DNA of 64,000 nt from Promethearchaeota archaeon (lineage in GTDB: Archaea; Asgardarchaeota; Lokiarchaeia; Sigyniarchaeales; SOKP01), in assembly GCA_004524535.1 (NCBI GenBank), contig SDNY01000001.1, positions 37,146 to 101,145 on the forward strand, written 5' to 3'. Shown piece after piece: positions 48,998 through 59,489 of the stretch. Positions within the stretch are counted from its first letter, which is position 1. Every line of letters starts with the position of its first letter. Under the pieces are notes generated by a model, which had not been told where the DNA came from, ran no database searches, and saw nothing but the letters and a program-made list of their open reading frames with translations. Both the position numbers and the translations under genes were made by a program.

Positions 48998-50323
48998 TTA
49001 ACTTTTTGTTTCAACAATATAATAATCTTTATCAAAATGTAGTTTTAACAAACAAATTCCAAGTAATACAGTAAAAATTAGATAACCAATACCCCCACCA
49101 AACAAATTAGGATAATTTGGATTCAATAATTCTATTCTGGTATCAAATGTTAAATAAATGCCTAAAATGGAAATTAATCCAATGAGTACGTATTTATTTT
49201 TTTTAATAAAATCTCTTCCTATTATATCTTGATAAAAGAAAGGTATAAAAAATAAAACAGTTAGGGGTAATAGAATTATTATAGTTTTATAAGCCAAGTG
49301 ATTTAAGAATATGAAAGCAATCGCAAAATAACTGAATTTTTCGTGTATCTTCAATTTTTTAGTTATTATTAAGAATCCTATGATTTCGTACATAAAAATC
49401 ATGAGTATAAGGTTTACTAAATATTTAGCTAAGCGCGGAATAATAAAAATCTCATCTATGAAAATTAAATAATAACACACTGAGTTTAATTGTACCCATT
49501 GAAAAAATCTAAAAACTTTGTAATAATCAAAAATAAGTTCTGGATAAATAAAAAACAGAAAATTTTGAGCTAGAAGAATTATTGCTACTAATCCATAGGT
49601 CTCAAGATTTTCTTTCTTTAATAATTCGCCAAGAGTGATATCGTGAAATATAAAGATTAATAACAAAAAAATAAAATAAGGGATCATCGAAACAATCAGA
49701 CCAAAAAGAAAATAAGTAATAAATTTATATTTGATATCTTTCTCTTTTTCTTCTTTTTTGTATTGAATTTCTCTTCTAAGGATAAATAATAATATTGTCC
49801 CTGCCAAGAATTTTGATTGATTTGTCAAAAACTGAAAATATATGAGAAATCCATTTGAAATTACCATGAGAAACAAAAATCTATGAATTTTTTCTTTAAC
49901 ACCTAATAATTTTAAGATTTTATTGAATTCTAATACGAATAAAACTGCAAAAATATAATTTAAACTATACCAGATAAAGTAAGAGATACTATAAGGCAAT
50001 AATGATAAGGATATTGCCCAAAGCATAAGGAAAAATGGTAAATATGTATTTAGAAGCCAAAATTCATTTTTTTCTTCGTAAACTCTATTTGGGTCAATTA
50101 AAAGCTGTCTTCCAGATCGATAATAAGTCCAGGAATCAGAATAATATAAATATGGGAAATGGTTCACTACAATTAAAAAATGTATTGCCCATGTGCCAAT
50201 ACATATCAACGGAATAATAATATAAAGGATTTCGTTATTTTTCTTTTTTCTAAGGTATAAAAACAAGCATATAAGGAAAAATATTAATGAAAACCATATA
50301 ATTGATAAAAAAAGAAATAGCAA
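48998..50323 (-). CDS. Array paralogue P1: polytopic membrane protein, DUF2029/GT87-like putative GT-C glycosyltransferase
   Basis: 441 aa, TTG start, loop SDSWTYYRSGRQLLIDPNRVY. C-terminal class C (IVETKS). Confidence 0.65.
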   Translation of the reverse strand: MLFLFLSIIWFSLIFFLICLFLYLRKKKNNEILYIIIPLICIGTWAIHFLIVVNHFPYLYYSDSWTYYRSGRQLLIDPNRVYEEKNEFWLLNTYLPFFLMLWAISLSLLPYSISYFIWYSLNYIFAVLFVLEFNKILKLLGVKEKIHRFLFLMVISNGFLIYFQFLTNQSKFLAGTILLFILRREIQYKKEEKEKDIKYKFITYFLFGLIVSMIPYFIFLLLIFIFHDITLGELLKKENLETYGLVAIILLAQNFLFFIYPELIFDYYKVFRFFQWVQLNSVCYYLIFIDEIFIIPRLAKYLVNLILMIFMYEIIGFLIITKKLKIHEKFSYFAIAFIFLNHLAYKTIIILLPLTVLFFIPFFYQDIIGRDFIKKNKYVLIGLISILGIYLTFDTRIELLNPNYPNLFGGGIGYLIFTVLLGICLLKLHFDKDYYIVETKS

Positions 50324-50455
50324 GGCTCATTCTCACTTTCTTTATTTCACTATTTAATGATAAAATTAATCTTTCTTTAAAAATATTGATATGAACGTCT
50401 ATAATTAATGAAATTGAAGCTTAATATATTTCTAGTTTAATTCTCTTCAGAATCA
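50324..50455 (-). repeat. Conserved inter-paralogue spacer U1 (putative promoter plus 5' UTR)
   Basis: A 132-nt spacer; a near-identical copy precedes each of the nine genes. In sense orientation it contains caatatttttaaagaaag (TATA-like) about 55 nt before the TTG. Confidence 0.6.
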
Positions 50456-51796
50456 CTATCCATCTTCCGTTTTTCTTTCAACAATATAAAAATCTTTGTC
50501 TAAATGTAGTTTTAACAAACAAATTCCCAGTAATACGGTAAAAATTAGATAACCAGCACTCCCACCAAATATATTAGGATATAATGGATTTTCTACAGGA
50601 TTAAATGGATTTACTACATTTACAGATAGATAAATACCTAAAACGGATAATAATCCAATCAGTATGTATTTATTTTTTTTAAAAAAATCTCTTCCTCTTA
50701 CATCTTGATGGAAGTAAGGAATAAAAAGTAAAAGAGTTAGGGGTAATAAAATTATTAAAGTTTTATCAGCTAAGCTATATAAAAATATGAAAGAAATTGC
50801 AAAATAGCTGAATTTTTCGTGTATCTTCAATTTTTTAGTTATTATTAAGAATCCTATGATTTCGCCCAAAATAATGAGAAGTATAAGGGAGACTATAAAT
50901 TGAGTCATGTTTGGAATAATAAAAATCTCATTTATAATAATTAAATAATAATGCACTAATCTAAATTGTAAAATTTGATAAAATTTTAAAACTTCGAAAT
51001 AATCTAAAATAAGTCCTGGATAAATAAAAAACAAAAAATTTTGAGATAAAAAAATTACTGCGACTAATCCATAGGTTTTAAGATTTTCTTTCTTAAATAA
51101 TTCGCCAAAAGGAATATCGTGAAACATAAAGATTAATAACAAAAAAATAAAATAGGGGGCCATCGTTACAATCATACAAAAAAGAAAATAAGTAATAAAC
51201 TTATATTTGAAATCTTTCTCTTTTTCTTCTTTGTTGTATTGAATTTCTCTTCTAAGGATAAATAATAATATTGCCCCTACCAAGAATTTTGATTGATTTA
51301 AAGCAAACTGGTGAAATATAAGAAATCCATTTGAAATTACCATTAGAAACAAAAATCTATGCATTTTTTCTCTAATCCCTAATAATTTTAAGATTTTATT
51401 GAATTCTAATACGAGTAAAATCGCAAAAATATAATTTAGACCATACCAAATTAAGTAAGATATATTATAAGGTAATAATGATAGAGATATTGCCCAAAGC
51501 ATAAGAAAAAATGGTAAATATATCACCCCCCAATAACCATAATCTTTTTTATAAAAGCTATTTGGGTTAATTAAAAGCTGTCTCCCAGAGTAATAGTAAA
51601 TCCCAAAATCCCAAAAAGGAATTTCTTGGTTAATGGTTACTAAAGTTAAGCAATATAGAGCCCATATGCCAATACATATCAACGGAATAATAATATAAAG
51701 GATTTCATAATTTTTCTTTTTTCTAAGGTATAAAAACAAGCATATGAGGAAAAATATTAACGATAGCCATATAATTGATAAAAACCAAATTAGCAA
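50456..51796 (-). CDS. Array paralogue P2
   Basis: 446 aa, TTG start, loop WDFGIYYYSGRQLLINPNSFY. Tail ERKTEDG (class B). Confidence 0.65.
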   Translation of the reverse strand: MLIWFLSIIWLSLIFFLICLFLYLRKKKNYEILYIIIPLICIGIWALYCLTLVTINQEIPFWDFGIYYYSGRQLLINPNSFYKKDYGYWGVIYLPFFLMLWAISLSLLPYNISYLIWYGLNYIFAILLVLEFNKILKLLGIREKMHRFLFLMVISNGFLIFHQFALNQSKFLVGAILLFILRREIQYNKEEKEKDFKYKFITYFLFCMIVTMAPYFIFLLLIFMFHDIPFGELFKKENLKTYGLVAVIFLSQNFLFFIYPGLILDYFEVLKFYQILQFRLVHYYLIIINEIFIIPNMTQFIVSLILLIILGEIIGFLIITKKLKIHEKFSYFAISFIFLYSLADKTLIILLPLTLLLFIPYFHQDVRGRDFFKKNKYILIGLLSVLGIYLSVNVVNPFNPVENPLYPNIFGGSAGYLIFTVLLGICLLKLHLDKDFYIVERKTEDG

Positions 51797-51928
51797 GACT
51801 CTATCTCACTTTCTTTATTTCACTATTTAATGATAAAATTAATCTTTCTTTAAAAATATTGATATGAACGTCTATAATTAATGAAATTGAAGCTTAATAT
51901 ATTTCTAGTTTAATTCTCTTCAGAATCA
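51797..51928 (-). repeat. Conserved spacer U2
   Basis: 132 nt, essentially identical to U1. Confidence 0.6.
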
Positions 51929-53272
51929 CTAGCCATCTTCCGTTTTTCTTTCAACAATATAAAAATCTTTGTCTAAATGTAGTTTTAACAAACAAATTCC
52001 CAGTAATACAGTAAAAATTAGGTAACCAGCACTCCCACCAAACAAATTAGGATAAAGTGGATTTTCTATAGGATAAAATAGATTTTCTACATTCACTGAT
52101 AAATAAATACCCAAAACGGAAATTAATCCAATCAATATGTATTTATTTTTTTTAAAAAAATCTCTTCCTATTTCATCTTGATGGAAGAAAGGAATAAAAA
52201 GTAAAAGAGTTAGGGGAAATAAAATTATAAGAACTCTATGAGCTAAGTGATTTAATAATATAAAAGAAAATGCAAAATAGCTGAATTTTTCTTGTATCTT
52301 CAATTTTTTAGTGATTAATAAGAATCCTATGATTTCGTACATAATAATGAGGAATATAAGGGTAAGTATAAATTTAGCTCCGTTTGGAATTATAAAAATA
52401 TCATATATAAACATAAAATAATAAAGCGCTAATCTAAATTGCAAATTTTGAAAATATCTAATAATTTTAAAATAATCAAAAATAAGTCCTGGATAAATAA
52501 TAAATAAAAAATTTTGAGCTAAAAAAATTACTGCGACTAATCCATAGGTTTTAAGATTTTCTTTCTCAAATAATTCGCTAAAAGGGATATCGTGGAATAT
52601 AAAGATTAATAACAAAAAAAGAAAAAAAGGGATCATCCCCACAATCATAACAAAAAGGAAATACGTAATAAATTTATATTTGAAATCTTTCTCTTTTTCT
52701 TCTTTGTTGTATTGAATTTCTCTTCTAAGAATAAATAATAATAGTGCACCTACGAAGAATTTTGATTGATTTAAACCAAATTGTAGAAATATAAGATAAC
52801 CATTTGAAATTACCATGAGGAACAAAAATCTATGAATTTTTTCCTTAATCTCTAATAATTTTAAGATTTTATTGAATTCTAATACGAATAAAACCGCAAA
52901 AATATAATGTAAAATATACCAGATAAAGTAAGCTACAACATAAGGCAATAATGAAATGGATATTGCCCAAAGCATAAGAAAAAATGGTAAACTTGTCATT
53001 CCCATCCAATAACCATGATCCTCTTTATAAAATCTATTTGGGTCAATTAAAAGCTGTCTCCCAGAGTAATAGTAAATCCCAAAATCAAAATAAAGAAATT
53101 TTGGGTTAAAAGATAGTATAATTAACCAATGTATCGCCCATAACCCAATAGAAATCAAGGGAATAATAATATAAAGGATTTCGTTATTTTTCTTTTTTCT
53201 AAGGTATAAAAACAAGCATATGAGGAAAAATATTAGCGATAGCCATAAAATTGATAAATAAATAAATAGCAC
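51929..53272 (-). CDS. Array paralogue P3
   Basis: 447 aa, TTG start, loop FDFGIYYYSGRQLLIDPNRFY (Asp codon at 53084..53086). Tail ERKTEDG (class B). Confidence 0.65.
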   Translation of the reverse strand: MLFIYLSILWLSLIFFLICLFLYLRKKKNNEILYIIIPLISIGLWAIHWLIILSFNPKFLYFDFGIYYYSGRQLLIDPNRFYKEDHGYWMGMTSLPFFLMLWAISISLLPYVVAYFIWYILHYIFAVLFVLEFNKILKLLEIKEKIHRFLFLMVISNGYLIFLQFGLNQSKFFVGALLLFILRREIQYNKEEKEKDFKYKFITYFLFVMIVGMIPFFLFLLLIFIFHDIPFSELFEKENLKTYGLVAVIFLAQNFLFIIYPGLIFDYFKIIRYFQNLQFRLALYYFMFIYDIFIIPNGAKFILTLIFLIIMYEIIGFLLITKKLKIQEKFSYFAFSFILLNHLAHRVLIILFPLTLLLFIPFFHQDEIGRDFFKKNKYILIGLISVLGIYLSVNVENLFYPIENPLYPNLFGGSAGYLIFTVLLGICLLKLHLDKDFYIVERKTEDG

Positions 53273-53446
53273 GGCTTACTATCACTTTCTTGTTTCAGTA
53301 TTTAATGATAAAATTAATTATTCTTTAAAAATATTGATATGAAAGGTTATACTTAATTCAATTGAAGCATAATATATTTCTAGTTTAATTCTTTTCAGAA
53401 TCACTAGCAATCCCCCGCTTTTCTCTTAATTTCTTTATAGGTCTAC
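53273..53446 (-). repeat. Conserved spacer U3, long form
   Basis: 174 nt. It is longer because P4 stops early inside the long relic of the upstream gene's tail (53385..53459). Confidence 0.6.
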
Positions 53447-54775
53447 TTAGAGTTCCTGTTTTCTTTCAACAATATAAAAATCTTTGTCTAAATACAGTTT
53501 TAACAAACAAATTCCAAGTAATATAGTAAAAATTAACCAACCAGCACTCCCACCAAACAAATTAGGATAATGTGGATTAAATCCTAATACTCCTTCCCAT
53601 GTAAAATAAATGCCTGAAACGGAAATTAATCCCATCAGTACGTATTTATTTTTTTTTATAAAATCTTTTCCTCTTACCTCTTGATAAAAGAAAGGAATAA
53701 AAAGTAAAAGAGTTAGGGGTAATAAAATTATTAGGATTCTATAAGCTAGGTAACTTAAAAATATGAAAGAAATGGCATAATAACTGAATTTTTCTTGTAT
53801 ATTCAATTTTTTAGTTATTAATAAGAAACCTATGATTACGTACATAAAAATGAGGAATATAAAGGATACTATAATTTTAGCTAGTATTGGAATAATAAAA
53901 ATCCTATTTAAGATAATTAAATAATAATTCTCTAAAAAAAGACTAAAAATATGCCATTTTTGAGAAATTAGAAAAAAATCAAAAATAAGTCTTGGATAAA
54001 TAATAAACAAAAAATTTTGAGCTAGAAAAATTGATCCTACTAATCCATAGGTTTTAAGATTTTCTTTCTCAAATAATTCGCCAAAAGGGATATCGTGAAA
54101 GATAAAAATTAATAACAAAAAAAGAAAAAAAGGGATCATCCCAACAATCATACAAAAAAGAAAATAAGTAATAAATTTATATTTGAAATCTTTCACTCTT
54201 TCTTCTTTTTTGTATTGAATTTCTCTTCTAAGGATAAAAAATAATAGTGTCCCTACGATGAATTTTGATTGATTGCTAAAAAATTGAAGATATATGAGAT
54301 AACCATTTGAAGTTACCATGAGAAACAAAAATCTATGAATTTTTTCTTTAATCCCTAATAATTTTAAGATTTTATTGAATTCTAATACGAGTAAAACCGC
54401 AAAAATATAATTTAAACCATACCAGATAAAGTAAGATATCCTATAAGGCAATAATGAGAGCGATGTTGCCCAAAACATAGGAAAAAATGGTAAATATATC
54501 ATTCCTGTCGAGTCACCATTTTTTTCTATGTACAATCTATTAGGGTCAATTAAAAGCTGTCTACCTGAGTAATAATAAATAGAAAAATCTATATAAGCAT
54601 TTAATGGGAAAAAATATGCTACAATTAAACTATGTATCGCCCATATGCCAATACAAATCAAGGGGATAATAATATAAAGGATTTCGTTATTTTTCTTTTT
54701 TCTAAGATATAAAAACAAGCATATAAGGAAAAGTATTAACGATAGCCATATAATTGATAAAAACCGAAATAGCAA
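53447..54775 (-). CDS. Array paralogue P4
   Basis: 442 aa, TTG start, loop IDFSIYYYSGRQLLIDPNRLY. Tail ERKQEL (class A). Confidence 0.65.
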   Translation of the reverse strand: MLFRFLSIIWLSLILFLICLFLYLRKKKNNEILYIIIPLICIGIWAIHSLIVAYFFPLNAYIDFSIYYYSGRQLLIDPNRLYIEKNGDSTGMIYLPFFPMFWATSLSLLPYRISYFIWYGLNYIFAVLLVLEFNKILKLLGIKEKIHRFLFLMVTSNGYLIYLQFFSNQSKFIVGTLLFFILRREIQYKKEERVKDFKYKFITYFLFCMIVGMIPFFLFLLLIFIFHDIPFGELFEKENLKTYGLVGSIFLAQNFLFIIYPRLIFDFFLISQKWHIFSLFLENYYLIILNRIFIIPILAKIIVSFIFLIFMYVIIGFLLITKKLNIQEKFSYYAISFIFLSYLAYRILIILLPLTLLLFIPFFYQEVRGKDFIKKNKYVLMGLISVSGIYFTWEGVLGFNPHYPNLFGGSAGWLIFTILLGICLLKLYLDKDFYIVERKQEL

Positions 54776-54907
54776 GGCTCTATCTCACTTTCTTTATTTC
54801 ACTATTTAATGATAAAATTAACCTTTCTTTAAAAATATTGATATAAAAGGCTATAATTAATTCATTTGAATCTTAATATATTTCTAGATTAATTTTCTTC
54901 AGAATTA
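54776..54907 (-). repeat. Conserved spacer U4
   Basis: 132 nt, same sequence family. Confidence 0.6.
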
Positions 54908-56269
54908 CTAGCAATCTTCCGTTTTTCTTTCAACAATATGAAAATCTTTATCTAAATGTAGTTTTAATAAACAAATTCCAAGTAATATAGTAAAAATTAA
55001 CCAACCAGCACTCCCACCAAACAAATTAGGATAATATGAATATGGATTTAATATATTTAATCTTGTCTCACTGGTTAAATTAATGTCATATGTTAAATAA
55101 ATGCCTAAAACAGAAATTAATCCAATCAGTACGTATTTATTTTTTTTAATAAAATTTCTCCCTATTTCATCTTGATGGAAGAAAGGAATAAAAAGTAAAA
55201 GAGTTAAGGGGATTAGAACTATCAAAGTTTTAAAAGCTATGCTATTTAAAAATATGAAAGAAATTGCAAAATAGCTGAATTTTTCGTGTATCTTCAATTT
55301 TTTAGTTATTAATAAGAATCCTATGATTTCGTACAGAATAATGAGAAATATAACGGAGACTATAACTTTAACTGCGATTGGAATAATAAAAATCTCATGT
55401 ATAAAAGTTAAATAATAAAACGCTAAGCTAATTTGGTAAATTTGATAATATCTAAAAATTATGAAATAATAATCAAAAATAAGTCTTGGATAAATAATAA
55501 ATAAAAAATTTTGAGATAGAAAAATTACTGCGACTAATCCATAGGTTTTAAGATTTTCTTTCTCAAATAATTCGCTAAAAGGGATATCGTGAAAGATAGA
55601 GATTAATAAAAAAAAAATAAAATAAGGGACCATCCCAATAATCATACCAAAAAGAAAATAAGTAATAAATTTATATTTGAAATCTTTCTCTTTTTCTTCT
55701 TTGTTGTATTGAATTTCTCTTCTAAGGATAAATAATAATAGTGCACATACGAAGAATTTTGATTGATTTAAAGCAAATTGCATAATTATGAGAAATCCAT
55801 TTGAAATTACTATGAGAAACAAAAATCTATTAATTTTTTCTTTCACACCTAATAATTTTAAGATTTTATTGAATTCTAATACGAGTAAAGCTGCAAAAAT
55901 ATAATTTACCCCATACCAGATAAAATAAGCTATGTGATAAGGGAATAATGAAATGGATATTGCCCAAAGCATACCAAAAAATGGTAAACATGGGATTGAG
56001 TCCCAGTAATAAGGATGTTCTCTGTAAAATTTATTAGGGTCAATTAAAAGCTGTCTACTAGGGTAATAGTAAATCCCAAAATCAGAATAAAAAAATCTTG
56101 GGTTAAAGTATAGTATAATTAACCAATGTATCGCCCAGAGACCAATACAAATCAACGGAATAATTATATAAAGTATTTCATTATTTTTCTTTTTTCTAAG
56201 GTATAAAAACAAGCATATAAGGAAAAATATTAATGAAAACCATATAATTGATAAAAAAAGAAATAGCAA
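54908..56269 (-). CDS. Array paralogue P5
   Basis: 453 aa, TTG start, loop SDFGIYYYPSRQLLIDPNKFY. Tail ERKTEDC (class B). Confidence 0.65.
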   Translation of the reverse strand: MLFLFLSIIWFSLIFFLICLFLYLRKKKNNEILYIIIPLICIGLWAIHWLIILYFNPRFFYSDFGIYYYPSRQLLIDPNKFYREHPYYWDSIPCLPFFGMLWAISISLFPYHIAYFIWYGVNYIFAALLVLEFNKILKLLGVKEKINRFLFLIVISNGFLIIMQFALNQSKFFVCALLLFILRREIQYNKEEKEKDFKYKFITYFLFGMIIGMVPYFIFFLLISIFHDIPFSELFEKENLKTYGLVAVIFLSQNFLFIIYPRLIFDYYFIIFRYYQIYQISLAFYYLTFIHEIFIIPIAVKVIVSVIFLIILYEIIGFLLITKKLKIHEKFSYFAISFIFLNSIAFKTLIVLIPLTLLLFIPFFHQDEIGRNFIKKNKYVLIGLISVLGIYLTYDINLTSETRLNILNPYSYYPNLFGGSAGWLIFTILLGICLLKLHLDKDFHIVERKTEDC

Positions 56270-56404
56270 GGCTCAATCTCACTTTCTTTATTTCACTATT
56301 TAATGATAAAATTAATCTTTCTTTAAAAATATTGATATGAAAGGCTATACTTAATTCAATTGAAGCTTAATATATTTCTAGTTTAATTCTCTTCAGAATC
56401 ATTA
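56270..56404 (-). repeat. Conserved spacer U5
   Basis: 135 nt, same sequence family. Confidence 0.6.
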
Positions 56405-57733
56405 TCAATCTTCCGTTTTTCTTTCAACAATATAAAAATCTTTGTCTAAATGTAGTTTTAATAAGCAAATTCCAAGTAAAACAGTAAAAATTAACCAACC
56501 AGCATTCCCACCAAACAAATTAGGATAATGTAGATTTATTGGTACTATTCCATCCCATGTTAAATAAATACCTAAAACGGAAATTAATCCAATCAATATA
56601 TATTTATTTTTTTTAATAAAATCTATTTCTATTTCATCTTGATGGAAGAAAGGAATAAAAAGTAAAAGGATTAGGGGTAATAAAATTATTAAAATTTTAA
56701 AAGCTAAATAATTTAAAAAGATGAAAGAAAGTGCAAAATAACTGAATTTTTCGTGTATCTTCAATTTTTTAGTTATTAATAAGAATCCTATGATTACGTA
56801 CATTAAAATGAGGAATATAAGGGAGACTATAATTCTAGCTATAATTGGAATAAAAAAAATCTTATTTATAAAAATTAAATAATAATGTGGTAAAAAAAAC
56901 TGTAAATTATGAAAATATTGAGAAATTAGAAAAAAATCAAAAATAAGTCCTGGATATATAAAAAATAAAAAATTTTGAGCTAGAAAAATTAATAACACTA
57001 ATCCATAGGTTTTAAGATTTTCTTTCTCAAATAATTTGCCAAAAGGGATATCGTGAAAGATAAAGATTAATAATAAAAAAAGAAAATAAGGAATCATTCC
57101 CACAATCATAACAAAAAGAAAATAAGTAATAAATTTATATTTGAAATCTTTCTCTTTTTCTTCTTTTTTGTATTGAATTTCTCTTCTAAGGATAAAAAAT
57201 AATATTGCCCCTACGAAGAATTTTGATTGACTAAAAAAAAATTGAAAAAATATGAGAAATCCATTTGAAATTACTATGAGAAATAAAAATCTATGAATTT
57301 TTTCTTTTACACCTAATAATTTTAAGATTTTATTGAATTCTAATATGAATAAAACCGCAAAAATATAATTTAAGATATACCAGATAAAGTAAGAGATATA
57401 ATAAGGCAATAATGAGAGCGATATTGCCCAAAGCATAAGGAAAAATGGTAAATATGCTATTGTAACAAATAAGCTACTTCTTTTTTTGTATAATCTATTG
57501 GGGTCAATTAATAGCTGTCTACCAGAGTAATAATATATATCAAAATCATAATAAGAAATTTGTGGATTATGGTATACAATAATTAAGCTATGTATTGCCC
57601 AAATGCCAATACAAATCAATGGAATAATAATATAAAGGATTTCAATATTCTTCTTTTTTCTAAAGTATAAAAACAAGTATATAAGGAATAATATTAACGA
57701 TAGCCATATAATTGATAAATTACGAGGTATCAA
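56405..57733 (-). CDS. Array paralogue P6
   Basis: 442 aa, TTG start, loop YDFDIYYYSGRQLLIDPNRLY. Tail ERKTED (class B). Confidence 0.65.
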   Translation of the reverse strand: MIPRNLSIIWLSLILFLIYLFLYFRKKKNIEILYIIIPLICIGIWAIHSLIIVYHNPQISYYDFDIYYYSGRQLLIDPNRLYKKRSSLFVTIAYLPFFLMLWAISLSLLPYYISYFIWYILNYIFAVLFILEFNKILKLLGVKEKIHRFLFLIVISNGFLIFFQFFFSQSKFFVGAILFFILRREIQYKKEEKEKDFKYKFITYFLFVMIVGMIPYFLFLLLIFIFHDIPFGKLFEKENLKTYGLVLLIFLAQNFLFFIYPGLIFDFFLISQYFHNLQFFLPHYYLIFINKIFFIPIIARIIVSLIFLILMYVIIGFLLITKKLKIHEKFSYFALSFIFLNYLAFKILIILLPLILLLFIPFFHQDEIEIDFIKKNKYILIGLISVLGIYLTWDGIVPINLHYPNLFGGNAGWLIFTVLLGICLLKLHLDKDFYIVERKTED

Positions 57734-57867
57734 ATTTCACTTTCACTTTTTCTGTTTCACTATTTAATTATAAAATTAATCTTTCTTTAAAAATATTAAT
57801 ATGAAAGGCTATAATTAATTCAATTGAAGCTTAATATATTTATAATTTAATTCTCTTCAGAATCACA
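57734..57867 (-). repeat. Conserved spacer U6
   Basis: 134 nt, same sequence family. Confidence 0.6.
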
Positions 57868-59190
57868 TTAATCTTCCGTTTTTCTTTCAACAATATAAAA
57901 ATCTTTGTCTAAATGTAGTTTTAATAAACAAAATCCAAGTAATAAAGTGAAAAATAGATAACCAGCAGTCCCAAAAAACAAATTAGGATAAAAGGTGTTT
58001 TGTTTTTCTATTGTTAAATAAATTCCCAAAACGGAAAGTAATCCAATCAGTACGTATTTGTTATTATTAATAAAATCTCTTCCAATTGCATCTTGATGGA
58101 AGTAAGGAATAAAAAGTAAAAGAATTAAGGGGAATAGAATTATTATAGTTTTATAAGCTAAGGTATTCGTTAATAAGAAAGAAAGTGCAAAATAGCTGAA
58201 TTTTTCGTGGATCTTCAATTTTTTAGTAATTAATAAGAATGCTATAATTACGTACATAAGAATTATGAGTATAAAGGAGATTATAAATTTAGTTTCGAGT
58301 GGAATATAAAAAATCTTTTTAATGAAAACTAAATAATAACACAATGATTTTAATTGTATAGATTGAAAATATCTAAAAACTATGAAATAATAATCAAAAA
58401 TAAGTCTTGGATAAATAATAAGTAAAAAATTTTGAGATAGAAAAATAACTGCGACTAATCCATAGGTTTTTAGATTTTCTTTCTCAAATAATTTGCCAAA
58501 AGGGATATCGTGAAAGATAAAGATTAATAATAAAAAAAGAAAATAAGGAATCATTCCCACAATCATAGCAAAAAGAAAATAAGTAATAAATTTATATTTG
58601 AAATCTTTCTCTTTTTCTTCTTTTTTGTATTGAATTTCTCTTCTAAGGATAAAAAATAATATGACTCCTACGAAGAATTTTGATTGATTTAATGCAAATT
58701 GATGAATTATAAGCCATCCATTTGAAATTACCATGAGAAACAAAAATCTATGAATTTTTTCTTTAAGTCCTAATAATTTTAAGATTTTATTGAATTCTAA
58801 TATGAATAAAATCGCAAAAATATAATGTAAACCATACCAAACAAAATAGGATATATTATAAGGTAATAATGAAATGGATATTGCCCAAAGCATACAAAAA
58901 AATGGTAAAGATGTTATTCCAATCCAAGAACCATAATTTTCTCTGTAAAATCTATTTGGGTCAATTAAAAGCTGTCTCCCTGAGTAATAATAAACACCAA
59001 AATCCCAAAAAGGAAGTTTCTGGCGAATGTATATTACAATTAACCAATGTATCGCCCAGATGGCAATACATATTATTGGGATAATAATATAAAGGATTTC
59101 ATTATTTTTCTTTTTTCTAAGGTATAAAAACAAGCAAATAAGGAAAAATATTAACGATAGCCATATAAATAATAAAAATCGTAATATCAA
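57868..59190 (-). CDS. Array paralogue P7
   Basis: 440 aa, TTG start, loop WDFGVYYYSGRQLLIDPNRFY. Tail ERKTED (class B). Most similar overall to P8. Confidence 0.65.
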   Translation of the reverse strand: MILRFLLFIWLSLIFFLICLFLYLRKKKNNEILYIIIPIICIAIWAIHWLIVIYIRQKLPFWDFGVYYYSGRQLLIDPNRFYRENYGSWIGITSLPFFCMLWAISISLLPYNISYFVWYGLHYIFAILFILEFNKILKLLGLKEKIHRFLFLMVISNGWLIIHQFALNQSKFFVGVILFFILRREIQYKKEEKEKDFKYKFITYFLFAMIVGMIPYFLFLLLIFIFHDIPFGKLFEKENLKTYGLVAVIFLSQNFLLIIYPRLIFDYYFIVFRYFQSIQLKSLCYYLVFIKKIFYIPLETKFIISFILIILMYVIIAFLLITKKLKIHEKFSYFALSFLLTNTLAYKTIIILFPLILLLFIPYFHQDAIGRDFINNNKYVLIGLLSVLGIYLTIEKQNTFYPNLFFGTAGYLFFTLLLGFCLLKLHLDKDFYIVERKTED

Positions 59191-59276
59191 GGCTCGCTCT
59201 TACTATTTTTATTTCAATATTTAATGATAAAATTAATTATTCTTTAAAAATATTGATATGAAAGGCTATAATTAAT
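59191..59276 (-). repeat. Conserved spacer U7, truncated
   Basis: Only the promoter-proximal ~86 nt match the spacer family. Unique sequence follows (59277..59489). Confidence 0.55.
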
Positions 59277-59489
59277 TCTCTACATAAGTATGGATATGAT
59301 GTATCAGACGATGAGATAGAGGCTGTATAAAGGATCATTAAAAATGATGTTTTAATGGGTTACAAGACAATCTCCTTTTGGGCGATTGATCCAAGCGAAT
59401 ATAATGATTTAATTGAAAATTTGAAATAATTCTCAGAATAATTATCCGGTACAGATAAGGAATCTAGAAATTCTACCTTATAAAAAAAA

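Noticed and set aside
50324-50330. An ATG just upstream of the P1 TTG start (sense atgagcc)
   Set aside because: It is out of frame (it terminates after about 25 codons) and is not conserved in the other eight spacers.
59286-59429. Plus-strand peptide fragments in the odd P8-P7 spacer (KYGYDVSDDEIEAV-stop at 59286..59330; MGYKTISFWAIDPSEYNDLIENLK-stop at 59355..59429), possibly relics of a disrupted gene
   Set aside because: They are too short to assign, and any resemblance to known protein termini is anecdotal. A database search would be needed to decide.
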